This document shows, piece after piece, positions 36,407-46,954 of a DNA stretch of 47,352 nucleotides (positions are counted from its first letter, which is position 1; every line of letters starts with the position of its first letter). The DNA lies in NCBI GenBank assembly GCA_028285385.1, contig JANQPR010000030.1, forward strand, positions 1 to 47,352, written 5' to 3'. The DNA comes from Phycisphaera sp. (GTDB lineage: Bacteria; Planctomycetota; Phycisphaerae; Phycisphaerales; Phycisphaeraceae). Under the pieces are notes generated by a model. It was not told where the DNA came from. It did not search any database and worked only from the letters and a program-made list of their open reading frames with translations. Position numbers and translations under genes: made by a program.

Positions 36407-37684
36407 TCACTGGGTCACCGGGTGGCGCTGTCGGAAGCCTGACAGGGCCGCCCTAGCACCCAATAGCCGTTGCTGGGCCGCTTGTTCGTACATGAATCGA
36501 GCTTGGTCCAGGTTGGGCCTTCCATCGGGTGTTCCGATTCCGCTCTCATTCATTTTTGCAAGGGTCAGTTGAGCACGCGGGTCACCCATCACGGCTGCAA
36601 GTACAAAGTACTGGTAGGCCCTCTCATACGAGAGCTCGGTACCGCCGGCGCCGTTGGCATACATGTTCGCGAGCCGGTAGGCCGCGCGACGCTTTAACAC
36701 GGGGTGAGTCTCGTCACTCCGTATGGACCTATCGAGTGAATGCGGCGTCACTTGCGCTTCCTGATCGATCCTCGATTGCAGGATCTCTTTAATGCTGTTG
36801 TGCGCATCGATCAGTTGCTGACGTGTGTTGCCCCGAAGGTTCTCGTGTTCTAAGAGCGTATCGGTTTCTCTGATCGATTCCTCTACTGCCTCCATTGCCC
36901 TTTCAAGTGAAGGCGGATGGCTTCGTTTTAGATCCGGCGTGAACTGAAGCAATTCATTCTCGTAGAGAAACAGATTTGAAATCACGGCGCCGATCGCAGG
37001 CGACCGGCCCATCTCAATCTGCTTTCGGACGGCCCATTCGTCCGCCCGACGCTCATATCTGCGTTGCTTCGCAGGCGAGGGCCTTAGTTGCCCGGTATGG
37101 ATCGCATCGTTGGCGTGGTGGCCATACTCGTGCGCCACTATGTGCGACAAGGCCGCCAGTTGCATATGACGCGACCGTCGGGCCAACTCTGGATCTGTGC
37201 GCCATATTTGGGCCTGTTGAGGCGTGAGTCGGGCGAACTTCTCGATTGGCCTAGCGGTGCCACCTTCAATCGAAAGGCGTTCGTGCGTGCTGACGATGTA
37301 CTCTTCCGCTACCCGGTTGCGACTAAACGTACTCTCGACAACGAGGGCATCACAATAGAGCTGTAGACCGATGATCAGCCCCATACCGATATCGATATGA
37401 CGCCGTCCGTCCGGTGAGATACTAGCGATAGCGTTGTGGAAAGTCGGATCGGCCACAAACCGAAAATGTATCTGTCGTAACGGATCTGCCTCCTCGTCGG
37501 GAAGTGAATCGAGGAACGAGTCTTTGACCTGCTCGGCCAGTGACCTTGCCTGCCGCGCTACTTCATTGTGCTGAGCCAATGTTGTGGGCACTGCGATGGA
37601 AAGAAAAGCGATGACAGCGAAAACGATCGATACCAGTGCGTGTTTCATTTCGGCACCTTTCGATTCAAGGAAGCTGCTGTTCAA
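36407..37684 (-). CDS. Zn-metallopeptidase (HExxH) with C-terminal Sel1/TPR-like repeats; signal/TM anchor
   Basis: N-terminal hydrophobic VSIVFAVIAFLSIAVPTTLA. HEYGHH zincin motif. Sel1-type repeats in the last 100 aa. Confidence 0.55.
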   Translation of the reverse strand: MNSSFLESKGAEMKHALVSIVFAVIAFLSIAVPTTLAQHNEVARQARSLAEQVKDSFLDSLPDEEADPLRQIHFRFVADPTFHNAIASISPDGRRHIDIGMGLIIGLQLYCDALVVESTFSRNRVAEEYIVSTHERLSIEGGTARPIEKFARLTPQQAQIWRTDPELARRSRHMQLAALSHIVAHEYGHHANDAIHTGQLRPSPAKQRRYERRADEWAVRKQIEMGRSPAIGAVISNLFLYENELLQFTPDLKRSHPPSLERAMEAVEESIRETDTLLEHENLRGNTRQQLIDAHNSIKEILQSRIDQEAQVTPHSLDRSIRSDETHPVLKRRAAYRLANMYANGAGGTELSYERAYQYFVLAAVMGDPRAQLTLAKMNESGIGTPDGRPNLDQARFMYEQAAQQRLLGARAALSGFRQRHPVTQ

Positions 37685-38492
37685 GGTACTGGTCCAGTTC
37701 TTCTCGAATACCGCGCTCTTCCCGCGAGAGTTGCGTTGGGTCTTTGTCGCGGATCTGCCAGTAAGCCTGTATCTCTTCCTGAAACTCGTGTGCGACCCAT
37801 TGGTCCCGAAGCGACTTCAGGTGATTAGCGGCCATGCTCAGCCTTCGGACATGGGCTTTCATCAGAACTTCCTGCCGTCTAACTGGGTCAACCTCGTTGT
37901 TTAGATGGGTATCGATGGCGATGACCGAATTGATGGCTTGCATGATGTCGGCTGAGGTCAGATCGGCATCCCCCCCGTAATATGACCCTTTCGTTGTACT
38001 TTCGAGAACTGAACCGAAGTGTGCCCTGCCCCTTCGACCTACTTCCCCAGGTTCTGTCTTGCCGTCGCGCATCTGCTCTCCTACTCGATCTGTGTGGCTT
38101 TCCAAACCAGTGCCGCTACCTTCATGGTGATGCTGCCCCCCATGTCTATGAACTGAGCTGAACGAGTACGTGTTTACCACACTGATGCAGAGGATCGCCG
38201 CACCAAACAACGCGAAGAAGACGCCCGGCCCGACGCGGATGAGCTTGATCTTGACTGATCCGGTCGAGAACTCCGCTTCCTGAGATTTGAAGATGCTCGC
38301 GCGAAATAGGTTCCACCCCAGAACCAGGGAAAGCCCGCCGAAAGTAACGATGAGCAGGCGCTCAATAACACGCCCATACTCAATGACAGTATTGTTGCTG
38401 TAACTGTCCGCATGCACGTTTGTTCCCACGAGCAACGTGCTAGCCAATGCAACTAGCGAGAAGCACGCGAAACCGGTGTGTAGTTGCTTCAT
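37665..38492 (-). CDS. Membrane protein of unknown function with C-terminal coiled coil
   Basis: Signal peptide plus two or more TM segments. It overlaps the downstream peptidase gene by 20 nt, which suggests an operon. Confidence 0.45.
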   Translation of the reverse strand: MKQLHTGFACFSLVALASTLLVGTNVHADSYSNNTVIEYGRVIERLLIVTFGGLSLVLGWNLFRASIFKSQEAEFSTGSVKIKLIRVGPGVFFALFGAAILCISVVNTYSFSSVHRHGGQHHHEGSGTGLESHTDRVGEQMRDGKTEPGEVGRRGRAHFGSVLESTTKGSYYGGDADLTSADIMQAINSVIAIDTHLNNEVDPVRRQEVLMKAHVRRLSMAANHLKSLRDQWVAHEFQEEIQAYWQIRDKDPTQLSREERGIREELDQYLEQQLP

Positions 38493-39015
38493 AGGAAGGA
38501 CTCGAAATCAAGCTGTAAAGGAAGATCTGAAACGGCAATTCATTCAGCAGCCACTGCTGGGCGTCGTTGTTGGGCAGGCGCTCATCTCGATGAGTACGAG
38601 TGCGAGACTAAAGCCGAGCGCTACGTTCGCAGTCCAGGCCGGTCTGAGTTTGATCCACAGGTAGGCAACATTGCTGAGTGAAAGTAGGCGAAGAGTGGAA
38701 GGTGGACGAGGCGGCTTACAACTCGCAAGACGAAGCTGCCAGAATCACTCAATAACATCGAGGAAGACAATGCGCCCGAACTCTTGCGGTTAGTGGGTGT
38801 TGACGAAGAGTCATGCCGTGGTGGTGGTTTGGTGGGCCGGACATCGCTGGCGGAAGCCGATTCAAGAGTTGGTGCATTATTTTCAGCATTGGGCTTTGGA
38901 TCAGTCATAGGAAACTTGGGCAAGTGTAGAAAGCTGGATACGCGGTAATTTATGCTTCTGACATCAATCAGTTGGGCGATCGAGAGGCCGTTCCCAAGGC
39001 TATTCTTGGTTTCAG

Positions 39016-40776
39016 CTAGAAAGGGACACGCAGGCCGATCCCAGCTGGGGGCTTAGGCCGATTACAGAAAGGTTGGTGGGCCTCGTTGTCACACAACCCG
39101 TAGCCGGCCGTGGTGTCGATGTAGTCGAGCAGGCGCCGTGTCGCGTCTTCCATCGCGTCGAGTGAGTCTTGGCTCGTAGGCGGGTAGCACGGCGGATTCA
39201 TCCCGTCGCGAAGGAGGTCCTGGAGACTCAGCTCACCGGTGCCATGTTGATCGACGTTACGCTTGAACCGGTGCAGAGACTCCATCAGGCCGGCCATGGT
39301 CGCGGTGTACCTCGCCCACCGGTGGCCGTCCCAGGACATGGGTTCCTTGCTCCGCCGCTCGCGGAACCGGTCGCACAATATGACCGCGGCGTCGCGGCCT
39401 CGTTGCGCCAACCCCTCAATGAGATCGGGGGCCATCGCGAGGTTCATGCCGCCTTCCTGGTCATTGAGCCAGACTTCGACGACCCGGTCGCGGAACATGT
39501 CCAGTTGCAGGTAGGAGCTGTCGTGCCAGTTTTGAGCGCTCGAGAAGATGCCGCCCATGGCGAGGCCGGCGAGGTCTTTGATCGTGGCCGCGGCGGGCTC
39601 GTTCACGATGTCCCGGAGGTCGCCGAACTGGCTGCCGCCCCGTTGCTGAGGCAAGTAAAGGCCGGTGTCTCGGGCCCCGCGACGCGTGATGTTGCCGTGG
39701 CGGTCGGTGTACTTCAGGTTGATGCCGAATGTGGGCCAGCGGGGAAACAGGCTGTCGAAGCGGTGCACGGGGAAGTTGCTGGTGATCCCCCCGTCGCTGA
39801 ACCAGACGCGGGACAACGGTTTTTCCGACACATCAAAGTTGACGGTGTACGCCGGGACCATCGAGAATAACAACGGGAAGCTGAGGCTCATCCGTACCGC
39901 GGCGATCACGGGCATCTCCTCGCCCATGGTCAGATACAGCTTTCCGTCTCGCGGCCACGTCTCTGACTGCCTGGCCTCGGCGTGCCGGACGAGGTGGTTG
40001 ACGACCGGGTGTGGGAAGTAGCCCCGCCACTCCTCTTCGTCGAAGCCGAATCGGTTGAACCCGTTCGGCATCTCCACGGGTCGGCCGTAGCTCAGGCACG
40101 TGGTGACCATGCGCAGGTCGATCGCGCGGTAGCCCGGCGTCGTGACCATGGCTTGGAGCGGGCCGGGAACCTTGGCGTGGTGGAGGTGGCCGAAGGTCAG
40201 CACGTCGTCGTGGTCGAGCCCGGCGGCCTCCTGCATCTGTGCGTATAGCCACGCGGTCAGCGGCGCGATTGTGCCCGCGGGCGGAGGGTTCCCGTTGGCC
40301 ATGCCGGAACAGATCCCGTAGTTGTTGGCCAGCAGCGGCTTGTGGTTCCACCAGGCACGGGTGAGCGCGGCACCGATTTTGAGGAGGCCTACTTTTATCC
40401 TCTTCTTCTTGCGACCTTCGTCTTTGGTGACATACTTCAGTAGCTGCTTGTGCAGCTTTACGGTGGAGAGGTCGGGCCGGAACAGGTCGGTGATGCGGCC
40501 GTCCTGCTTCAGATCGTCCGGGATCCCGCCCAACAACTCAAAGCCTTCGAGCGAGCCCGTTTCACGCCGCCGGTACTCGGCGGCGGCCGCGATCCCGGCG
40601 GCGATACCCCCGGCGGAGGTCCCGCCGATCCCGATGAGCGTGAACTCCTTGGCGATGTGTTCGATGGCGCGCGGGTAGACGATCCCGCTGGTGACCCCGC
40701 CCCGCATCACGAGGTCGCAGCACCGCTCTTCCCAACTCTGTTCTGGCATGTGGTTCCCCTGAAAATGGTTGCGCAT
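39016..40776 (-). CDS. Patatin-like phospholipase
   Basis: Oxyanion GGVTSG and nucleophile elbow GGTSAGG (GxSxG). 586 aa. Confidence 0.75.
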   Translation of the reverse strand: MRNHFQGNHMPEQSWEERCCDLVMRGGVTSGIVYPRAIEHIAKEFTLIGIGGTSAGGIAAGIAAAAEYRRRETGSLEGFELLGGIPDDLKQDGRITDLFRPDLSTVKLHKQLLKYVTKDEGRKKKRIKVGLLKIGAALTRAWWNHKPLLANNYGICSGMANGNPPPAGTIAPLTAWLYAQMQEAAGLDHDDVLTFGHLHHAKVPGPLQAMVTTPGYRAIDLRMVTTCLSYGRPVEMPNGFNRFGFDEEEWRGYFPHPVVNHLVRHAEARQSETWPRDGKLYLTMGEEMPVIAAVRMSLSFPLLFSMVPAYTVNFDVSEKPLSRVWFSDGGITSNFPVHRFDSLFPRWPTFGINLKYTDRHGNITRRGARDTGLYLPQQRGGSQFGDLRDIVNEPAAATIKDLAGLAMGGIFSSAQNWHDSSYLQLDMFRDRVVEVWLNDQEGGMNLAMAPDLIEGLAQRGRDAAVILCDRFRERRSKEPMSWDGHRWARYTATMAGLMESLHRFKRNVDQHGTGELSLQDLLRDGMNPPCYPPTSQDSLDAMEDATRRLLDYIDTTAGYGLCDNEAHQPFCNRPKPPAGIGLRVPF

Positions 40777-41231
40777 CTAGTACAGACGTATGGTCATCCA
40801 TTTGCTGGAAGCCTGAAGCAACGGGTCTGTTCAGCCTCTAACAGCGATCAGTCCGATCGTGCCCGAGAGCAAGTGATAGAGATGAGGATTCGGAAGACAC
40901 AGGCAGACACTGATGTTTCAATGCGCAGAGCGCGTTCTCATTGGCACACTGCTCCTTCCGGAATTCAAGTTGTTCAGTCATGCAGACGCACCGGGAGTGG
41001 AAGCGCCCCCCGCTTCGCAATCTAGGGGCTAAGGATGCGCATCGCAAGATTTTTCTTTGCTCGTATGTGATTTCCGTAGGAATCGTTCGGGTAGACACAT
41101 CGGCCAAGACTCACCAAGAGGGTTTGCCCAAGCCGCCTGAATCGGGTTTCTGTTCTGACGGGTGAATCCACGGTCAGGTTGAATGGCGATAAGATCGTTA
41201 CCCTTCATCGATCTCAGGACCTGCTTGACCC

Positions 41232-41675
41232 ATGCCCAATCTGAACAAAGTCATCGGCGAAGAAATCCGCCGCCTGGCCCGAAAAGAAGTCCGTGCCGAA
41301 CTGGCGTCGACCCAGAAAGGGCTGCGCGACGCCCGCCGGCAGATCACGTCGCTGCGTAAACAGGTGCAGGAACAGCAGCGCGACATCAAAGCGCTCACCC
41401 GCCAACTGAAACGATCCAGCGCGGCAACGCAGAGTGATGAAGCCGACACGCCGCGCCCACGGTTTTCGGCGGACTGGGTGGCCAAGCACCGCGAAAAGCT
41501 GGGCCTGTCGGCCGCGGACTACGGCCGGTTGGTCGAGGTGTCGCCGCTGACGATCTACAACTGGGAGAAGGGCGCATCGACGCCGCGCGAAGAACCGCTG
41601 CGTCGCTGGGCCCGCGTCCGCCAACTAGGAAAACGTGAAGCCCTGCGTCTGCTCGAAGAGATGGACGAGGAATGA
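41232..41675 (+). CDS. HTH DNA-binding protein with N-terminal coiled coil
   Basis: LSAADYGRLVEVSPLTIYNWEKG is an XRE-like HTH. It is transcribed divergently from the patatin gene. Confidence 0.5.
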   Translation: MPNLNKVIGEEIRRLARKEVRAELASTQKGLRDARRQITSLRKQVQEQQRDIKALTRQLKRSSAATQSDEADTPRPRFSADWVAKHREKLGLSAADYGRLVEVSPLTIYNWEKGASTPREEPLRRWARVRQLGKREALRLLEEMDEE

Positions 41676-41836
41676 GACGGCCAGATGGTAGGTGCCGCCG
41701 TGATGGTCGGGCTTATCTCGGGCCAACGCGTTTGATACGACGCGACGTGATCAGCCGCGTTCGTGACTCCGCGTGATCCACTCCACGGCCTTCTGCCCGG
41801 CGCCGGCGGCGTGGACGGCGAGGCGTTTGTCGGACT

Positions 41837-42616
41837 TCAGGGCCTTGAGCCAGCCAGCGATATAGGCGGCGTTGTTGTCATGACGGCCGGGGCGATGCCG
41901 GTGAGCGCGCATAGCCCGGCGGCGGCGAACTCGGCGACGAGCTCTTCCTTGGCGTAGTCGGGGCTGCCAAACGGGGCGATTGGATCGTCGAGCCCACGAT
42001 CCAGACGCGACGTGTGACCGGTGGAATGGGCCAGCTCATGAAACAGCGTGGCGTAGTAGGCCTCGCGGTCGACGAACCGATCGCGGTCGGGCAGCTCAAC
42101 TTCATCGAAAGCGGGGACGTAGCACGCCCGCGATTTCCCGTGAACGACGGCGGGGCCGCCGACATAGCCGTCCACCAGTCTCTCAGCGGCTTCTAGCGGC
42201 GTGAACACCACCGAGGCCCGCTGCACCTGCGGGTACGCGACCCCTTCGGTCTGTTCGGCGTTGAACACGCGGTACTGCCGCAGCACCGGCACCTTCTTGG
42301 GCTCGTTGGTGTCGGGGTCGGTGACGGTGAGTTCTTTCCAGAACACGACGGCGGTGGATTTCTCCTTGGGACGGACGTGCCCGCCGCGCTGCTGGGCCTG
42401 CTTGTAGGTCAGCCACCACGGGCTGCTGTAGCCGGCCAACCACCCGGCTAAGCCCAATAAGAAAAGATTCACCCCGCGGTAGACCTTGCCGGTGTTGAGG
42501 TTGCGGGGCAGAGTGTGCTCCCCACCCCCCAGGATCGGGTGCCGCCAGGGCACGGTGCCGCTCTCTAGGGCGGCCAGGATGGTGTCGGTGGCTTGTTGAT
42601 AGGTGTCGATGGTCAT
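41837..42616 (-). CDS. ardC: ArdC-like antirestriction protein (ssDNA-binding N-domain + zincin metalloprotease)
   Basis: N-terminal ArdC block WRHPILGG...KVYRGVNLFLLG. C-terminal FHELAHSTGH. The start was taken at MTIDTYQQ. Confidence 0.7.
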   Translation of the reverse strand: MTIDTYQQATDTILAALESGTVPWRHPILGGGEHTLPRNLNTGKVYRGVNLFLLGLAGWLAGYSSPWWLTYKQAQQRGGHVRPKEKSTAVVFWKELTVTDPDTNEPKKVPVLRQYRVFNAEQTEGVAYPQVQRASVVFTPLEAAERLVDGYVGGPAVVHGKSRACYVPAFDEVELPDRDRFVDREAYYATLFHELAHSTGHTSRLDRGLDDPIAPFGSPDYAKEELVAEFAAAGLCALTGIAPAVMTTTPPISLAGSRP

Positions 42617-42821
42617 GTCATGGGTGTCTCCTGTTGCAAACGTGAACCCCGGAAGGTGATGGGGGCGGGTGGTTCCACACCGCCGCCTTTCCCCTGTTGG
42701 CGGAGCAAAGCACCCGGCCGCGCACAGGGGGCCAGGGCCTCCGCAGGAGGGGAGCGCAGCGACGCACCCTTGCCCCCGCGCACGGACGGGTAGGCTCGGA
42801 CCCGCCGGGGAAGGCCATGGC

Positions 42822-43118
42822 CTAGCGCGACGAACGCGAGCGCCGCATGCCAAACGCCGTCAGCCGGTGCAATGTGCGTCCCCCGGAAGTGGGGTCTGAG
42901 GTAGCCAGCGCCAAGCGGCGCAGGTCACACAGACGGGCGCGGACCACATGGGGGTTGAGCCCCGTGGTCTCGGCCAGTGCCAAGCTTGCAGCACCCTCGA
43001 ACGCGACACCATGGTCACGCTCGAGACGGGCCAACGCGTTCAACACCCGTTCTGCCGTGGGCCGGAGCTTGACGCCTTCGACCCAGAGGCAGGGCGACGG
43101 TGCGGTGCGTGGTTTCAC
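42822..43118 (-). CDS. Small putative wHTH protein
   Basis: Its start overlaps the upstream gene stop in an ATGA arrangement, which suggests translational coupling. Confidence 0.3.
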   Translation of the reverse strand: MKPRTAPSPCLWVEGVKLRPTAERVLNALARLERDHGVAFEGAASLALAETTGLNPHVVRARLCDLRRLALATSDPTSGGRTLHRLTAFGMRRSRSSR

Positions 43119-43435
43119 GAACGCTGGCGAGCCCGCGCCTTGCCCACGCCGGTGATGGCAGAGGTAGCGCTGCCGCCTTCTTCACTTCCGGGGGTTTTCT
43201 CACGCTGGTCGTGCACCAGCTCTTCGATGCAGGTGTGGGCCTGGTCGGCGAGCTTGGCGAGCTTGAGCAGGTCGGCGCGGCCGAAGGATTGGGTTTCGTG
43301 CCAGTTGCCCTCGTCGTCGGTGTAGGACCGGGCAAAGGTGCAGGTGTAGAACGGGTTGGACTGGGCGTCGGTGTTCTGCCAGACGGCGGCGGAGAGGTTG
43401 CCGATGCGGAGTTTGCGGATAGGGGGTTGTGCCAT
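43115..43435 (-). CDS. Hypothetical protein (106 aa), mobile-element-associated
   Basis: Strong AAGGAGG RBS 7 nt upstream of ATG. No recognisable domain. Confidence 0.45.
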   Translation of the reverse strand: MAQPPIRKLRIGNLSAAVWQNTDAQSNPFYTCTFARSYTDDEGNWHETQSFGRADLLKLAKLADQAHTCIEELVHDQREKTPGSEEGGSATSAITGVGKARARQRS

Positions 43436-43708
43436 GAGAGGCCTCCTTGTGTTGTTGAAATCAGGCACCAGGGATGCCGGACTCGGGACAAGAAGGCAAG
43501 GGATGTCTCCGGCTAGCGCTTGTGATGAGCCCCAGAGTTCCGAGCACCTTCAAGTTCCGAAATGGGTTTGCTGGATGTTTCGGAGCGTACGTTGTTAAGC
43601 GGGGTGGCTCGATCGGTCGGTCTAGCCAAAGCGCTGACGCGGGGTTGCCGGCCGACCTGACAGCGCAGCCCGGCCTCTGTGGTGGTGCCGCTCAATAGGC
43701 GCGGGGCG

Positions 43709-46700
43709 TCAGTGAAAGTCCCGCGACCTGGGCCTGGCGCTGCCGTCGGCTGGCTGCACCGCTTCCAGATTCCGCACCAACACGTGCACCACCTGCCCGG
43801 CCAGGTCGTCGCGTTGGATCCCGCCCGTCGCCAGCAGCACCGACGCGTGCCGCGCCACCTTCCGGAACCGGTCGAAGCTCTTGGGCCACAAGATCAGGTT
43901 GGCGATCCCGGTCTCGTCTTCGAGTGTCATGAACACGACGCCCGACGCGGAGCCCGGTCGTTGCCGTACGAGAACCAGGCCGGCCACCTTGACGAGCTTG
44001 CCGTGCGGCCACGCCTTCAGGTCGGCCAGCTCGGCACACGGCGTTACCCCGCGGCGGTCGAGGTCGTCACGTAGGAACGCCATCGGGTGCTCTTTGAGCG
44101 AGAGCCCTGTGCTCGCGTAGTCGTGCACGACCCGACGGGCCGGCGTGACCGAGGGCAACGCGATCGCGGGTTCTTCCGCGGCATTCATGTCTTCGAACAA
44201 CGGCAGACGCTCATCGCTGAGTTGGCGGACCTGCCATAACGCGGCAGACCGCGACAGCCCCATCGACCCGAACGCGTCGGCTGAGGCGAGCTTCCGCAGG
44301 CTCGCCACCTTCGCCCCGCTCGCCTTCCACAGTTCCTCAATGCCCGCGAAATCACCGCGAGTCTGCACCGCTTCAACGACGGCATCGGCGTCGTCGTGAC
44401 GCAGCCCTTTCACGAGCCGCATCCCGAGCCGCAACGCCAAGCCGCCCTCCGAATCGGTGTCCGGCTCGAGCGTGCAGTCCCATGACGAGTGGTTCACGTC
44501 GACCGGTCGGGCCTTCACCCCGTGCCGCTCCGAGTCCTGGACGAGCTGGGCGGGCTGGTAGAAGCCCATCGGCTGGCTGTTGATGAGCGCGGCGCAGAAC
44601 GCGGCGGGGTGGTACCGCTTGAGCCAGGATGACGCATAGACGATGTGAGCAAAGCTGGCGGCGTGGCTCTCGGGGAACCCGTACTCGCTGAACCCCTTCA
44701 TCCGTTCGAAGCACTGTTGGGCAAACGCTTCTTCGTACCCCCGGGCCGTCATGCCCTCGACAATCTTGCGGCCGAACTCCAGGATGACCTTCTGCTTGCG
44801 CTTCCAGGCGGCGATGGCCCGGCGGAGTTGGTCGGCCTCGTCGGCGGTGAACCCGGCGCAGCGGATGGCGAGCGTCATCGCCTGTTCCTGGAACAGCGGC
44901 ACGCCCAGCGTTCGACCCAGCACTTCCTCAACGATTTTGTCGGGGTAGACGACGGGTTCTTGCCCGTGCCGCCGGCGGAGGTACGGGTGCACCATGTCGC
45001 CGACGATCGGGCCGGGCCGTACGATCGCGACTTCAATGACGAGGTCGTAGTAGCTCCGGGGGCGTAGCCGGGGCAGCATGGACATTTGCGCCCGGCTCTC
45101 GACCTGGAACACACCGACCGCGTCGGCCTCGCAGAGCATGTCGTAGACCCCCGGAAGTTCCGGGGGGATGGTGTGCAGCTCGACCTTCTCGCCGGTGTGT
45201 TGCTCGATCAGCTCGAAGCTTTTGCGCACCGCGGTGAGCATGCCCAGGCCCAGGCAGTCCACCTTCATCATGCCCACGGCCTCGATGTCGTCCTTGTCCC
45301 ACTCGATCACCGTGCGGTCGGGCATTGCCGCGTTCTCGATGGGGACGGACTCGCACAGCGGCCGGTCGGTCAGCACGAACCCGCCGACGTGCTGTGAGAG
45401 GTGGCGCGGGAACCCAAGCAACTGCGACGTGAGGCATTGCAGGTGCCGCATCGTCGGGTCGTCCGGATCGAACCCGAGTTCTTTGACTCTCTCGGGGCTC
45501 ATCTTCCGGGGGTCGAACCACTCGACGGACTTGGCGAGGCGGTCCACGGCGTCGAGCGACAAGCCCAGCGCCTTGCCGACCTCGCGGATGGCCGAGCGGG
45601 AGCGATAACTGATCACCTCAGCGGTGAGCGCCGCACGGTCCCGGCCGTACTTGCGGTAGACGTACTGGATGACCTCTTCGCGGCGCTCGTGCTCGAAGTC
45701 GATGTCGATGTCGGGGGGCTCGTGGCGTTCCCGGCTGATGAAGCGCTCGAACAGTAGATCCACCCGGGACGGATCGACCGACGTCACCCCCAGGCAGTAG
45801 CACACCGCGGAGTTGGCCGCGGCGCCGCGGCCCTGACAGAGGATGCCTTGGGATCGAGCGAAGCGCACCAGGTCGTGTACGGTCAGGAAGTAGTGCGGGT
45901 AGTCCAACTCGTCGATGAGCTGGAGTTCGTGTTCCACTCGTTGGGTCACCTTGTCGGGAACCCCGTCCGGGAAGCGGTCGACCACCCCGGTAGCGGTCAA
46001 CTCACTGAGGTGCTGGATTGCAGACCTTCCGCGGGGGCAGGTCTCGTGGGGATACTGGTAGCGGAGTTGATCGAGCGAGAAGGCCGACGCCCGGTCGACG
46101 ACCTCCACGGAACGAAACAGCGCCTCGGGATACGCCGCAAACAGCCGGTGCATCTCGTCGGGCGGCTCGAGGTGGCGTTCGGCGTTGGCCTGGAGCCGGA
46201 ACCCGGCGGTGTCGAGCGTGCGGTGTTCGCGGATGCACGTGAGTACGTCCTGCAGCGGCCGGCGTGACGGCTCGTGGTACAGCACGTCGTTCGTCGCCAC
46301 CATCGGCACCGAGAGGTGGGCGGCCAGGTCGGACCGACGCCGCAGGCGTTGTTGATCATGGCCGTCGAAGCGAACCGTAGCGGCGACGGACAGATCATCG
46401 GACCCGAACACATCACGCAAACCCCGAAGGGCGTCGAGCATCGCGTCGTCCACCATGTCCGGTGGATCGGCGACGGCGATCAGGCCGGCGCGGTGTTCGA
46501 CCAGGTCGTGGAGCGTGAGGTCGCACGAACCCTTCACGGCCCGGCGTTTGCCCAACGTGAGCAAGCGACACAGCCGGCCGTAGCTCTCGCGACAGGTGGG
46601 GTACACGAGCACGCGCAAAACCGATGTAGCCACCGGCAGCTCAAGCCGCGTGCCCACAGCGAGCGGGAAGCCGATGGCTTTGGCTGCGACGTGCGCGCGG

Positions 46701-46942
46701 ACGACGCCGGCGAACGAGTGCGTGTCGGTGATCGCCAGCCCGCGGTAGCCCAACGACGCGGCGTGCACGACGAGTTCCTCGGGATGGCTCGCCCCGTGCA
46801 GGAACGTGAAGTTGCTGGTGGCTTGAATCTCCGCATACCCCACTCCCTCTTGCGAAAGTTGAGCTTGAGGGGAGGTGAGGGTCCCGCGCTTGACGGCTTC
46901 GAGCGGGTGTGGTCGCGGCTTGTCGTGAGGGGACTTGGGCAT
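43709..46942 (-). CDS. dnaE2: Error-prone DNA polymerase DnaE2 (ImuC)
   Basis: N-terminal PHP domain (SNFTFLHGASHPEEL, LAITDTHSFAG). The pol III alpha core is present. At 1077 aa the length is typical of DnaE2. Confidence 0.85.
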   Translation of the reverse strand: MPKSPHDKPRPHPLEAVKRGTLTSPQAQLSQEGVGYAEIQATSNFTFLHGASHPEELVVHAASLGYRGLAITDTHSFAGVVRAHVAAKAIGFPLAVGTRLELPVATSVLRVLVYPTCRESYGRLCRLLTLGKRRAVKGSCDLTLHDLVEHRAGLIAVADPPDMVDDAMLDALRGLRDVFGSDDLSVAATVRFDGHDQQRLRRRSDLAAHLSVPMVATNDVLYHEPSRRPLQDVLTCIREHRTLDTAGFRLQANAERHLEPPDEMHRLFAAYPEALFRSVEVVDRASAFSLDQLRYQYPHETCPRGRSAIQHLSELTATGVVDRFPDGVPDKVTQRVEHELQLIDELDYPHYFLTVHDLVRFARSQGILCQGRGAAANSAVCYCLGVTSVDPSRVDLLFERFISRERHEPPDIDIDFEHERREEVIQYVYRKYGRDRAALTAEVISYRSRSAIREVGKALGLSLDAVDRLAKSVEWFDPRKMSPERVKELGFDPDDPTMRHLQCLTSQLLGFPRHLSQHVGGFVLTDRPLCESVPIENAAMPDRTVIEWDKDDIEAVGMMKVDCLGLGMLTAVRKSFELIEQHTGEKVELHTIPPELPGVYDMLCEADAVGVFQVESRAQMSMLPRLRPRSYYDLVIEVAIVRPGPIVGDMVHPYLRRRHGQEPVVYPDKIVEEVLGRTLGVPLFQEQAMTLAIRCAGFTADEADQLRRAIAAWKRKQKVILEFGRKIVEGMTARGYEEAFAQQCFERMKGFSEYGFPESHAASFAHIVYASSWLKRYHPAAFCAALINSQPMGFYQPAQLVQDSERHGVKARPVDVNHSSWDCTLEPDTDSEGGLALRLGMRLVKGLRHDDADAVVEAVQTRGDFAGIEELWKASGAKVASLRKLASADAFGSMGLSRSAALWQVRQLSDERLPLFEDMNAAEEPAIALPSVTPARRVVHDYASTGLSLKEHPMAFLRDDLDRRGVTPCAELADLKAWPHGKLVKVAGLVLVRQRPGSASGVVFMTLEDETGIANLILWPKSFDRFRKVARHASVLLATGGIQRDDLAGQVVHVLVRNLEAVQPADGSARPRSRDFH

Positions 46943-46954
46943 GATCGCTTCGCC

